Assembly: GCA_016124275.1 (NCBI GenBank)
Contig: WGOA01000014.1
Span: forward strand, 71,833-135,832
Reading direction: 5' to 3'
Length of the DNA: 64,000 bases
DNA from: Bacteroidota bacterium
Lineage (GTDB): Bacteria > Bacteroidota > Bacteroidia > Chitinophagales > BACL12
Within the stretch, counting starts at the first letter, position 1. Each line of letters begins with the position of its first letter. The notes beneath the pieces were generated by a model, which did not search any database, was not told the DNA's origin, and saw only the letters and a list, made by a program, of their open reading frames with translations. Below are positions 56,255 to 64,000 of this stretch, one piece after another. The position numbers and the translations under genes were made by a program.

Positions 56255-56827
56255 CTAGAATCGTTCCGCACGCACTTTTCCATTCCGGAAAACCAGGCTG
56301 TCGGTGTAATCTGCGTTGTACAAGGTGCCGGAGAATTCCGCTTCAAGCACTTCATCGTTCACTGCCGTGATCTCGATGCGGGCACTGGGGGTGATCCCAA
56401 AGATGAGCGAAACATCCAATGAGGTGTAGAACACGCCGGCGGCGTCAAAGTAGCCAACGGTAACCACCTTCGCAGAAACTTCATCGGATCGGGGAACCGT
56501 TCGGTTGGTATAGACCTGTCCAACTGAGACAGGTACGGTGTCAATGACCAGTGCAGTAACATTATTTGTTGACACCGCGAACAGTTCTTGCAAGCCTACA
56601 AAGTTAGTTGCGTATTCGCCAGTTGAGCCTATTTCGTTATGGGTGGCCTGAACATTTCCCATGCTTGCGGAGGCGTACCGAACAGCGGTACCGTTGCGTT
56701 CAAACTCCATATAATAATCCGTTCCGGCAGGGCCATCGGCATCGTCGCCTTCTTTGCACGAGCCCGTTATTAAAAACATGATAAGTAATTTTAGAATATT
56801 AAATATAGTCTTTGATTTAGCTTTCAT
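56255..56827 (-). CDS. hypothetical lipoprotein
   Basis: 190 aa. MKAKSKTIFNILKLLIMFLITGSC is a lipoprotein signal. No family recognised. Lower GC than the core genes. Confidence 0.65.
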   Translation of the reverse strand: MKAKSKTIFNILKLLIMFLITGSCKEGDDADGPAGTDYYMEFERNGTAVRYASASMGNVQATHNEIGSTGEYATNFVGLQELFAVSTNNVTALVIDTVPVSVGQVYTNRTVPRSDEVSAKVVTVGYFDAAGVFYTSLDVSLIFGITPSARIEITAVNDEVLEAEFSGTLYNADYTDSLVFRNGKVRAERF

Positions 56828-56940
56828 GGCTTCAATTTATTGAAAGAAAGCGGTTCAGCCAAACTGGACGCATGATGCGTCAGCCAAGCACGCTGTCTTT
56901 TGGTTTGGCTTATGGCTTTGGTTGTAGAGGGCACGAGCCA

Positions 56941-56972
56941 AACAACAAAGCCACCCGGTGAGGGGTGGCTTT
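56941..56972 (-). terminator. rho-independent terminator downstream of the T9SS metalloprotease gene
   Basis: The reverse strand reads AAAGCCACCCC-tcacc-GGGTGGCTTT followed by GTTGTTTGG. The terminator stem starts 29 nt after the stop at 57001. Confidence 0.65.
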
Positions 56973-57000
56973 GCCGGTTGTTTTGGTGTTGCGTTAATGC

Positions 57001-58779
57001 TTAACGAGCGATCACCATTGGAATCGTGGCTTGTTGATCATCACCCGTGATGTTGCACAGGTAGTGACCCGCTGCAAGTGAGGATACATCAAACGAAACG
57101 CTGTGCTGACCAGCGTCAAAATGGGCACCGCTGTTCAAGGCGGCAACTTGACGACCTTTCAGATCAAACAGCGCAATGCTGATGTTATCAGCCTGGGGCA
57201 GGGTAAACTGTACCAATACCTGGCGGTCAGACGGGTTTGGATACAGCGCTGCACCAAACGGATTGTTGTTAACGTCAGCCAGGGGTTCATCTTCATTGCG
57301 ATCAACCGTTCGGGCATAGGAGGTCCCTGGACAGTTGGGTTCAATAAACACCCGTGCATCGCTACCCGAAAATGCTCTGAAACCTGGGGCAAGGATAACC
57401 TGCGTCCTGGATTTCAACGTAAGGATGGACCCGGATGGTGCATTATTGGTTGCAGTCAAGGTTCCCGTTGTAACCATGTTCAACGTTTCATCAGACGTCA
57501 GCACTAACCCTGTGGAGAACGCCACTGGCGTTACCCGGTGGCGAGCCACCGTGAAGTCTCCAACGTCCAAAGCACGGGAGTTGTCTCGGGTGGCGCTACC
57601 CATAGCACCGCCTCCGCCTGGGAAGTTGATATCCGGATTTGACCAATAGTTGACCCGCACAGGGGAGCAGCAAACGGCCATAATGGTTCTGAAAATAGAT
57701 CCCTGGTTGTAGCCACGGGCATACGAGAATGGCGTGCCGGTGTTGTCGTTGTCATGGCGACAACCGCGGTTGTGACCGAACTCGTGGTCCATGGTGAAGT
57801 TGCCGACAATGCAGTCGTAATCACTGACTTGGAACATGTTAGTAGGATCGGTGTAGTCAAAGCCATAAGCTTCACCACATAAGCCAGCATAGGTGCTGCC
57901 GGTGATCATACCCACCATGTCTCCGTCATAGAAGTCACGAAAACTGTGCACTTGATCCCAAAGCCCGTCAGTAGTACCTCTCAAGTCCACTTTATCATTG
58001 CTGGAACTTGTGGTGGAATTCTGAGTGGACTGCCAGACGTAAGCCAGTTCTACCCGTGTTTCGACATCGCTGTTGAAATACGAAGCATTGGCATCGGCCG
58101 TTGCCAGGGCAATGTGCTCGTTCATGGTTCTTCCATAAGTACCTAGGGTAGAGGTCTTGGCTTGTGGAGTATAGCCAATGATCATGCGGATGTAGCACTC
58201 ATCATCAACTTCTGTGTAAACCGGAGTTCCTACAGTTCCCAGGTCATCAATAGCCATGTCAGGAGCATTCGGATTCTCCGCTAACTCCTGGCGAGGGTCA
58301 CGTGGATTGTTTTCGCCGGTGGTACAGCCTCTAAAGGCCTCGCTGTCATGCTCGGCGATCAGGTAGACCCCGCCACCGAGTCCGAACAACTCAAAGTTGC
58401 CTTCCGTGCTGGAAATATGTCCCTGCACACGATCGTTCTGGAACCAGATAAAGGTTGCCGTACCGAGCATAGAAGGGAAAGTGCCGATCCAGGTCTTGGC
58501 CTGAATCCCCGTATAGCCTATGTCGCGTTTTGGAACGGAGACATCGAAGGTCGGGGAGAGGTTTAGCCGGATGGTTGCGTCTTCAAAGGCGCGTTCGTTG
58601 ATGCTGACAATCTCTACCCATTTGGTGGTAGGGAGCGCCAGCAGGTTGCTGTAAACCGATTGTTGTTCAGCCGTCATGGTTCCGGCAAAGGGAACCAGCA
58701 GACTTTGCTGAGCAAATAACCCGGTTGTAAGCAACATCATCAACAACAGGCCCAAGGTTTTCTTGGTGTTGTGAATCAT
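57001..58779 (-). CDS. secreted metzincin (reprolysin/M12B-like) zinc protease with T9SS C-terminal sorting domain
   Basis: 592 aa with signal peptide LLLMMLLTTGLFAQQ. HEFGHNRGCRHD matches the HExxHxxGxxH(D) zinc site. The C-terminal ~80 aa (LYPNPSDRQVLVQFTL..ISIALFDLKGRQV) resemble Por_Secre_tail. Confidence 0.8.
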   Translation of the reverse strand: MIHNTKKTLGLLLMMLLTTGLFAQQSLLVPFAGTMTAEQQSVYSNLLALPTTKWVEIVSINERAFEDATIRLNLSPTFDVSVPKRDIGYTGIQAKTWIGTFPSMLGTATFIWFQNDRVQGHISSTEGNFELFGLGGGVYLIAEHDSEAFRGCTTGENNPRDPRQELAENPNAPDMAIDDLGTVGTPVYTEVDDECYIRMIIGYTPQAKTSTLGTYGRTMNEHIALATADANASYFNSDVETRVELAYVWQSTQNSTTSSSNDKVDLRGTTDGLWDQVHSFRDFYDGDMVGMITGSTYAGLCGEAYGFDYTDPTNMFQVSDYDCIVGNFTMDHEFGHNRGCRHDNDNTGTPFSYARGYNQGSIFRTIMAVCCSPVRVNYWSNPDINFPGGGGAMGSATRDNSRALDVGDFTVARHRVTPVAFSTGLVLTSDETLNMVTTGTLTATNNAPSGSILTLKSRTQVILAPGFRAFSGSDARVFIEPNCPGTSYARTVDRNEDEPLADVNNNPFGAALYPNPSDRQVLVQFTLPQADNISIALFDLKGRQVAALNSGAHFDAGQHSVSFDVSSLAAGHYLCNITGDDQQATIPMVIAR

Positions 58780-58819
58780 GGCTTAGGTTAAATTAGGATG
58801 ATCTAATAGGTGCACCGGA

Positions 58820-60499
58820 TTATTTCTGACCGGTTACCAAAGCCTTGAGTTCTTCAATTTGCTTTTGGAGCGAGTTGATTTGCTTTTCCTGCTCAATGGT
58901 GTACAGGGTCAGTTCTTCAACTTTCAACATCAGGTTGCTGGACATTTCCGCTACTTTAACGCCTTCGCTCTCTACAACAGCGGCTGAAGGAATGCCGGGC
59001 AGATGTTTGTTGGCTTTGATGAAGGATTCTACTTCGCTCAATGGAGCAAGGCGGTAGTCTTCTTCAAAGACGTAGTCACACCAGCCGGTTTCTACCACAA
59101 CTTCTGTCGCACGGATGGAACCACATGCCTGGATGGCGTAGAGGGATGATGCGGTAGTGCCAACACCCATGTGCCCATTTGTATTCACTTGAAATTCAAT
59201 AGCTCCAGCACTACTGCACTCAAAGAATGCTGCTGTCGTTGAAGAACCCGTTGGAACAGAAATATCAATAATATCTTGACCAGAAGTCATAGCTACAGTG
59301 CGGTTGATGTCGAACATTTCGGTTGGGCTTCCAGTGGACTCCAAAAACATCAGTTCAACGCTTTCTGAGCTCAAGACATGCAATTTTGCACTGGGACTGG
59401 TGGTGCCGATGCCAACGCGGTCGGTCACGTTGGTGACGTGCAGGTTTGCACCACCGACCGAAAGCGTTCCACTAGGGTTAAAGCCATTAATGATGTCCAC
59501 GTTGCCTCCAAAGAAGTTCAGGAAGAGGGTTCCGCCAGCGCTGTCAAGGCTGTTGTAAGACTGGACCTCGTTGCCGTCAAAGCCAAGGCTTGACGTGGCA
59601 TTTTCCAGTTTCAACAAACCGATGTTGCCGGCGTTGTTGAACCCAGTTCCAGCGACCGTCGTCAACCCGTTCAATTCAACAGGACCGTTAAAAACAGCGG
59701 CTTGGGTAGGAGTGGCCAGGTTTGCGCTAAAACCGCTTACACTGTGCAGCGCGCGAACACCAAAACCATTGGAGTAGCCAAACAGACCATAGTTGTCGGT
59801 CGTGCTGGCACCGGTGGAAATACCTAATGTACCAATTTCAAATCCTACAAGGTTAAGCCCAACAATGCCGTCAAAGTCAGTGGCTCCTTGTACACCGAGG
59901 TAGCCATTGGTTGGACCGAGTAAGCCAACCCCTTTGATCGCCGGAATAACACCAGAACCCGCTGCTGAAATTTCGTCCTCAAAGATGGCAGAACCTCCGG
60001 TGATGATGTCACCGGGTTCGTCGGTACCGCCCAGGTTTGCCTTAATGGCTAAACCGGAAACGGCGCCATTGTCGCGGAATTCATATTGATTCAGCGCAAC
60101 GTTGAAAAACAAACCATTGTCCTGATCGCCTTGCGAGCGGAAGGCATAACGGTTGTTTCCAACCAGGTAGTCCGCTGTTCCCTGAAAGCCCAAATCGCCG
60201 TCTGTGCCGAACTGGGCATAATTGGCGCCGCTGGGGGAGCCCAGACGGATGTAACCAGCAGCTGTAGGATTGATGGTCATCACGTTGGTGCCATCCAGTT
60301 TCTTGAACTGGTATTCGTTCACCGACGAAGCGAAGTTGAGGCCGATGGCCGTGGGAGAAATCCCGCCGTTGCACCACTGGAACGCATACTGGTCCGCTGG
60401 GCCAACGATCAAGGTAGATCCTGCTGTGCACTGGGCGGAGGCCGCTCCAGCTGCTGCAAGAAAAGTGGCGGAGAGCGCCAGGTGTTTAAGTACTTTCAT
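58820..60499 (-). CDS. secreted tail-fibre-like surface protein with C-terminal coiled coil
   Basis: 559 aa with signal peptide LSATFLAAAGAASAQ. Gly/Asn/Thr-rich beta-rich body. RVGIGTTSPSAKLHV motif, and a C-terminal WCDYVFEEDYRLAPLSEVESFIKANKHLPGIPSA..EELTLYTIEQEKQINSLQKQIEELK module seen in Bacteroidota tail-fibre-domain proteins (from memory). Confidence 0.7.
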   Translation of the reverse strand: MKVLKHLALSATFLAAAGAASAQCTAGSTLIVGPADQYAFQWCNGGISPTAIGLNFASSVNEYQFKKLDGTNVMTINPTAAGYIRLGSPSGANYAQFGTDGDLGFQGTADYLVGNNRYAFRSQGDQDNGLFFNVALNQYEFRDNGAVSGLAIKANLGGTDEPGDIITGGSAIFEDEISAAGSGVIPAIKGVGLLGPTNGYLGVQGATDFDGIVGLNLVGFEIGTLGISTGASTTDNYGLFGYSNGFGVRALHSVSGFSANLATPTQAAVFNGPVELNGLTTVAGTGFNNAGNIGLLKLENATSSLGFDGNEVQSYNSLDSAGGTLFLNFFGGNVDIINGFNPSGTLSVGGANLHVTNVTDRVGIGTTSPSAKLHVLSSESVELMFLESTGSPTEMFDINRTVAMTSGQDIIDISVPTGSSTTAAFFECSSAGAIEFQVNTNGHMGVGTTASSLYAIQACGSIRATEVVVETGWCDYVFEEDYRLAPLSEVESFIKANKHLPGIPSAAVVESEGVKVAEMSSNLMLKVEELTLYTIEQEKQINSLQKQIEELKALVTGQK

Positions 60500-60564
60500 T
60501 GTGCGTCAGTTTGTTTAAGATTGGTTTGTCTGATCTGATCCCTAGGGGATACCGAGGGTTGGGT

Positions 60565-60610
60565 AAAAAAAAAGTGCGTATCCCATCCCCTTTCGGGGGC
60601 GGGTACGCAC
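60565..60610 (-). terminator. strong rho-independent terminator on the minus strand, lying upstream of the tail-fibre-like gene
   Basis: The reverse strand reads GTGCGTACCCGCCCCC-GAAA-GGGGATGGGATACGCAC followed by T9. That is ~15 bp of GC-rich stem with one mismatch and one bulge. The T-run ends 66 nt before ATG 60499. Confidence 0.8.
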
Positions 60611-60877
60611 TGATGTGGTAAATGTAGGATGTTGCGGCGGCTGTTCCAAGCTTTTTCCCATAAATCATCATTTCTGGGGAGCGCGTGCATGCCATCTCCC
60701 GCCGGACTGGGGAATCCGGAATCAACCAGTTGGCTTGATCGAACACCTGAACAACGCGGAGGGACGTGGATCGTTTTCGGTCAGGGGCTAAAAGGAAGTT
60801 ATCTTTAGGCCCGACGCTAAAAACTTGTCGGCTTGATCCTGTTCGTTTGAACAAACCCGCCGAACGCTCCTCGCCCC

Positions 60878-63040
60878 ATGGCTAAGAAGAAAAGAAAAAA
60901 CACCGATTCTGGTCGCTTGCCCCTGGATCAGCAATTGTTGCGCCAATTGGCCAAATCGGAAACCCCGGTAAGCAGCAAGAACCTGATCCGAAAATTGTCG
61001 GACCAGGCCAGTGCGGTAAAAATCATGGATCGTCTGCACCGCCTGGTCAAGGCGGGCGAAGTGCTGGAAACCCCTTCGGGCAAGTACAAACTGCACAGCT
61101 CCAAGGTGGAGCACATGATTGTAACCGGAACGGTTGACATGACCGCTTCAGGCAGTGCTTACGTGGTTGTTCCCGGATTGGACAGTGACATCTTTGTTCC
61201 GCAGGCCAAAACAGGACGTGCCTTTGATGGCGATAAAGTTCGCGTGGTCATTACCCAACGCAAAAGCCGCAGCCGGGTTGAAGGCGAAATTGTCGAGGTC
61301 CTACAGCGCGCCAAGGAACATTACGTAGGCACCTTAGAGATCAACAAGGGCTATGCCTTTGTAGTGCCGATGAATCGCCGCGGCATGCGCGATATCTTTC
61401 TTCCCCCATCTGAATTGATGGAGCATACCGCCCTGGAGCACGGCGACAGAGTGGCGGTGGAAATTACCGAATGGCCGCATCGCTCAGGCAACCCGGTCGG
61501 CCGAATTTTGCACATCCTCGGACCCGCTGAAGAAAACGATACGGAAATGCGGTCCATTTTGCTATCAGCGGGCTTTCCCTTGAGTTTTTCGCAAGAGGTA
61601 CTAGACCTTGCGGAGGGCTTTCCGGAGCATGCCGATGAGGCGGAGATTGCCAGCCGAAGAGATTTTCGTTCCACCACAACTTTTACCATTGACCCCGAGG
61701 ATGCCAAGGACTTTGACGACGCCATATCAGTGCGCGAAATCAAAGCAGGCCGCTGGGAAATTGGTGTTCATATTGCCGATGTCAGCCACTACGTGCTGCC
61801 CGGCAGTCTGCTGGACCAGGAGGCCTATAAACGCGCCACCTCGGTTTATCTGGTGGACCGCGTCAACCCAATGCTCCCCGAGCGTCTGAGCAATGAACTC
61901 TGCTCGCTTCGACCGTTGGAAGACAAACTCGTGTTCAGCGCTGTTTTTGAAATTGACCAGAAAGGCAAGGTGCACCAGGAGTGGTTTGGCCGCGGCATCA
62001 TCCATTCTAACCATAGGTTTACCTATGAACAGGCGCAAAGCGGCCTGGAAACGGGCGAAGGGCCCTTCGGCGCTGAACTGAAGTTGCTCAACGAACTGGC
62101 TGAACGGCTTCGGGAAAAGCGCTTTGCCGAAGGTTCAGTTTCGTTTGAGACCGAAGAGGTACGGTTTAGGCTGGATGCGGAAGGCAAGCCTTTGGGCATT
62201 TACCTGAAGGAACGCAAGGCGTCCCATATGCTCGTGGAAGATTTTATGCTTTTGGCCAATCGCAAAGTAGCCGCCTATCTGTCTTCGGTTCGGGATGGCG
62301 ATGCGCTTTGGCCTTCGGTGTACCGCATTCACGATGTGCCCGATCCTGAAAAACTTAAAAACTTTGAGACCACAGTGCGGGAGTACGGGTACAAACTGAA
62401 GTTGCCGGAAAATCCGCAGGCCCTTCCCGCGGTATTGAATGCCTTCATGCGCGAACTGGAAGGTCAGCCTGAGCAGGCGCTCCTGAATAAAATGGCGGTG
62501 CGAACCATGGCCAAAGCCATCTACACCACGGATAACATCGGCCATTTTGGCTTGGGTTTTGAACATTACACGCATTTTACCTCTCCCATCAGGCGCTATC
62601 CGGATGTGTTGGTGCATCGTCTGTTAGCGCTCAGTTTGCAGAAAGCGGCAGGGCAGGAGGTACAGCGTCCTGAAAAGAGCCGGCTCGAAGGGCAATGCCA
62701 CCATTCCAGCATCATGGAGCGCCGGGCAATGGACGCTGAATATGAATCAATAAAATATAAACAAGCCGAATTTTTGCGAGATCGGGTTGGCGAAGAATTT
62801 GACGGGGTGGTGTCAGGCATCACCACTTGGGGCATTTTTGTGGAACTCAAAGAGAGCCGCTGCGAGGGCATGATTCGGCTGGACAGCATCGGCTCGGAAT
62901 TTGTGCACAACGAAAAGAAAAATTCACTTTTTGCCGTTGACCATGACCGCTGGTTCAAAATGGGAGACGCCTTGCGGATTCGCGTTCAGGACGTGAGCCT
63001 GGCGCGCCGGGAAATGACCTTTGTCCTCGCTGATTTGTAA
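60878..63040 (+). CDS. rnr: ribonuclease R
   Basis: 720 aa with a basic N-terminus, an RNB domain (TIDPEDAKDFDDAIS, HFGLGFEHYTHFTSPIRRYPD) and a C-terminal S1 domain (FDGVVSGITTWGIFVEL). Confidence 0.92.
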   Translation: MAKKKRKNTDSGRLPLDQQLLRQLAKSETPVSSKNLIRKLSDQASAVKIMDRLHRLVKAGEVLETPSGKYKLHSSKVEHMIVTGTVDMTASGSAYVVVPGLDSDIFVPQAKTGRAFDGDKVRVVITQRKSRSRVEGEIVEVLQRAKEHYVGTLEINKGYAFVVPMNRRGMRDIFLPPSELMEHTALEHGDRVAVEITEWPHRSGNPVGRILHILGPAEENDTEMRSILLSAGFPLSFSQEVLDLAEGFPEHADEAEIASRRDFRSTTTFTIDPEDAKDFDDAISVREIKAGRWEIGVHIADVSHYVLPGSLLDQEAYKRATSVYLVDRVNPMLPERLSNELCSLRPLEDKLVFSAVFEIDQKGKVHQEWFGRGIIHSNHRFTYEQAQSGLETGEGPFGAELKLLNELAERLREKRFAEGSVSFETEEVRFRLDAEGKPLGIYLKERKASHMLVEDFMLLANRKVAAYLSSVRDGDALWPSVYRIHDVPDPEKLKNFETTVREYGYKLKLPENPQALPAVLNAFMRELEGQPEQALLNKMAVRTMAKAIYTTDNIGHFGLGFEHYTHFTSPIRRYPDVLVHRLLALSLQKAAGQEVQRPEKSRLEGQCHHSSIMERRAMDAEYESIKYKQAEFLRDRVGEEFDGVVSGITTWGIFVELKESRCEGMIRLDSIGSEFVHNEKKNSLFAVDHDRWFKMGDALRIRVQDVSLARREMTFVLADL

Positions 63041-63213
63041 GGCGAATTGGGCAAGTGCGAGCCAGATGTGGGCAAAGTCCCCGCCAGATGGGGTCCAGTT
63101 TCCGCCAGCAGGGGGCCAATCCCCACCAGCCGAGGCAAGGAAGACCCGCTTGCGCCAGCATCTGCCGGCACCACGAGCGTACTGGCAAAATGAAACTCCG
63201 GCCAGAAAGCTGG

Positions 63214-63714
63214 TCAAATGGCAAAAACCGCCAGTCCAATAATGGTCAGGCCCGTTGCCACCAGAGCGGCATAGAGCCAGCGAAGTTGAAGGGCTTGCGC
63301 CTGTCGAAAGCGCTCTGCCGCTTTTCGCTCCAGGATACGGCGTATGACCAGTTCTGCCCGGAGCAGGGCAGTTTCCCCTTTAATGACGTAGTCCGTCGCG
63401 CCGAATTCGAGCGTATTCAATCCCACCTGAAGTTGATCCTGCGAACTCATCATGATCACGTCAGCATCCGGACGGCGCCGGCGAAGCTCCTTCAGGATTT
63501 CCAGCCCATTGCTGGCACCCGGGCGAATTCCGTCCAGGTGGTAGTCCAGGACCACGATCTCCGGGAGTTCGTCCAGTTTGTCCAGGCAATTCTCGCCGCT
63601 GCTGAACAACCGGATATCCAGTTTATAAGGCGAGTGGCGTTCCAGGAAATCCTTCAACAACAACAAATGTTTGGTATCGTCATCCACCAGAAAAATGCGG
63701 TGCGTCTGGTTCAT
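63214..63714 (-). CDS. stand-alone response-regulator receiver with C-terminal transmembrane helix
   Basis: 166 aa from ATG 63714. IFLVDDD, VVLDYHLD (phospho-Asp) and MMSSQ. The last ~25 aa, LYAALVATGLTIIGLAVFAI, are hydrophobic. Confidence 0.75.
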   Translation of the reverse strand: MNQTHRIFLVDDDTKHLLLLKDFLERHSPYKLDIRLFSSGENCLDKLDELPEIVVLDYHLDGIRPGASNGLEILKELRRRRPDADVIMMSSQDQLQVGLNTLEFGATDYVIKGETALLRAELVIRRILERKAAERFRQAQALQLRWLYAALVATGLTIIGLAVFAI

Positions 63715-63727
63715 GGGGTAGGGATTT

Positions 63728-64000
63728 TTAAGGAGGGGAAAACTCTCGCACACGCTGCAACGCAGCGCGGATTTCCCGGTTGAGTTGTTCAATCAAAACG
63801 GGTAAGGCACCGGTTTCGCGCTGATCTCTGGCGTCGCGTTCCACCGCTTCAACCCTTGCGTGCAAATCGGCACTTCCGATCAATTGCAAGGTGCTTTTTA
63901 ACCGGTGTGCATAACCCCGTACGTCATCCCAGCGCCCGGAAGAAGCAGCCAGTTCAAGCCGCGCCAATTCCTCCGGCGTTTCGCGTTCCATGGTCAGCAG
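63728..64000 (-). CDS. HPt (histidine phosphotransfer) domain, 3' end of a gene that starts beyond the window (possibly a hybrid sensor kinase)
   Basis: The frame stays open to the window edge (..LLTMERETPEEL..). AHRLKSTLQLIG matches the HPt phospho-His motif. The stop lies 13 nt upstream of the receiver gene. Confidence 0.65.
   Translation of the reverse strand: MLTMERETPEELARLELAASSGRWDDVRGYAHRLKSTLQLIGSADLHARVEAVERDARDQRETGALPVLIEQLNREIRAALQRVREFSPP

Noticed and set aside
60680-60720. GTCCGGCGGGAGATGGC on the minus strand, reminiscent of the SRP (4.5S) RNA GUCCGGAAGGAAGCAGC core.
   Set aside because: It is only a partial match. The flanking sequence does not form the long SRP helix 8/5 hairpin, and the GGAA tetraloop context is absent.
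60486-60854. 122-aa minus-strand ORF spanning the rnr / tail-fibre spacer.
   Set aside because: It reads through the strong terminator hairpin and T-run, overlaps the start of the tail-fibre gene in another frame, and has no protein-like features. The region is better explained as non-coding leader or sRNA.
63041-63213. Repeated CCGCCAG / CCCCACCAG motifs and small hairpins in the rnr / response-regulator convergent spacer.
   Set aside because: The repeats are short and irregular, with no U-tract terminator or ORF support. I could not distinguish them from chance GC-rich repetition.
1-64000. Scan of intergenic spacers for tRNA T-arm boxes (GGTTCGAATCC-like), CRISPR-style regular repeats, IS inverted repeats, integrase/transposase/reverse-transcriptase motifs and toxin-antitoxin pairs.
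   Set aside because: Nothing convincing was found by eye. All spacers longer than 100 nt were inspected, but an exhaustive computational search (tRNAscan, Infernal, ISfinder, repeat finders) was not possible here.

Overview
Gene-dense 64-kb chromosomal segment with about 47 protein-coding genes on both strands. I recognised no rRNA, tRNA, CRISPR array, transposase or integrase. The source looks like a fairly high-GC Bacteroidota, possibly a Saprospiraceae-like lineage. Evidence: two cargo proteins with type IX secretion C-terminal domains, a type III glutamine synthetase, a futalosine menaquinone pathway (mqnB/mqnD), an iodotyrosine-deiodinase-like nitroreductase, TAnnTTTG-type -7 promoter boxes and little sign of Shine-Dalgarno sequences. 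Most of the window is housekeeping: valS, sixA-like/ppk1/ppx, mtnA plus an MtnB-like aldolase, PTPS/folE, pyrC, pfkA, alaS, glnN-type GS, purL, rnd, hldD, rnr. Lower-GC accessory patches sit between these genes. Hand counts of single 60-nt lines give about 38-50% GC in the patches against about 60% in neighbouring core genes. The patches encode secreted or surface proteins of unknown function. I do not see a clear multi-gene defence-like or mobile system. The best candidates for undescribed biology are: (1) an alkylglycerol-monooxygenase (AGMO/TMEM195)-like membrane oxygenase in a genome that also encodes FolE and an animal-type PTPS; (2) a strong minus-strand intrinsic terminator stranded in the divergent spacer between rnr and a tail-fibre-like surface gene, implying an attenuator leader or small RNA; (3) a lower-GC surface islet of lipoprotein, T9SS metzincin and tail-fibre-like protein; (4) a secreted protein with tandem Trp-rich 19-aa repeats whose start codon overlaps that of mtnA; (5) an internally deleted methyltransferase pseudogene; (6) a 4 x 24-nt in-frame tandem repeat inside an enzyme. 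All functional calls come from motifs read in the supplied translations and from memory of protein families. No database search was run.
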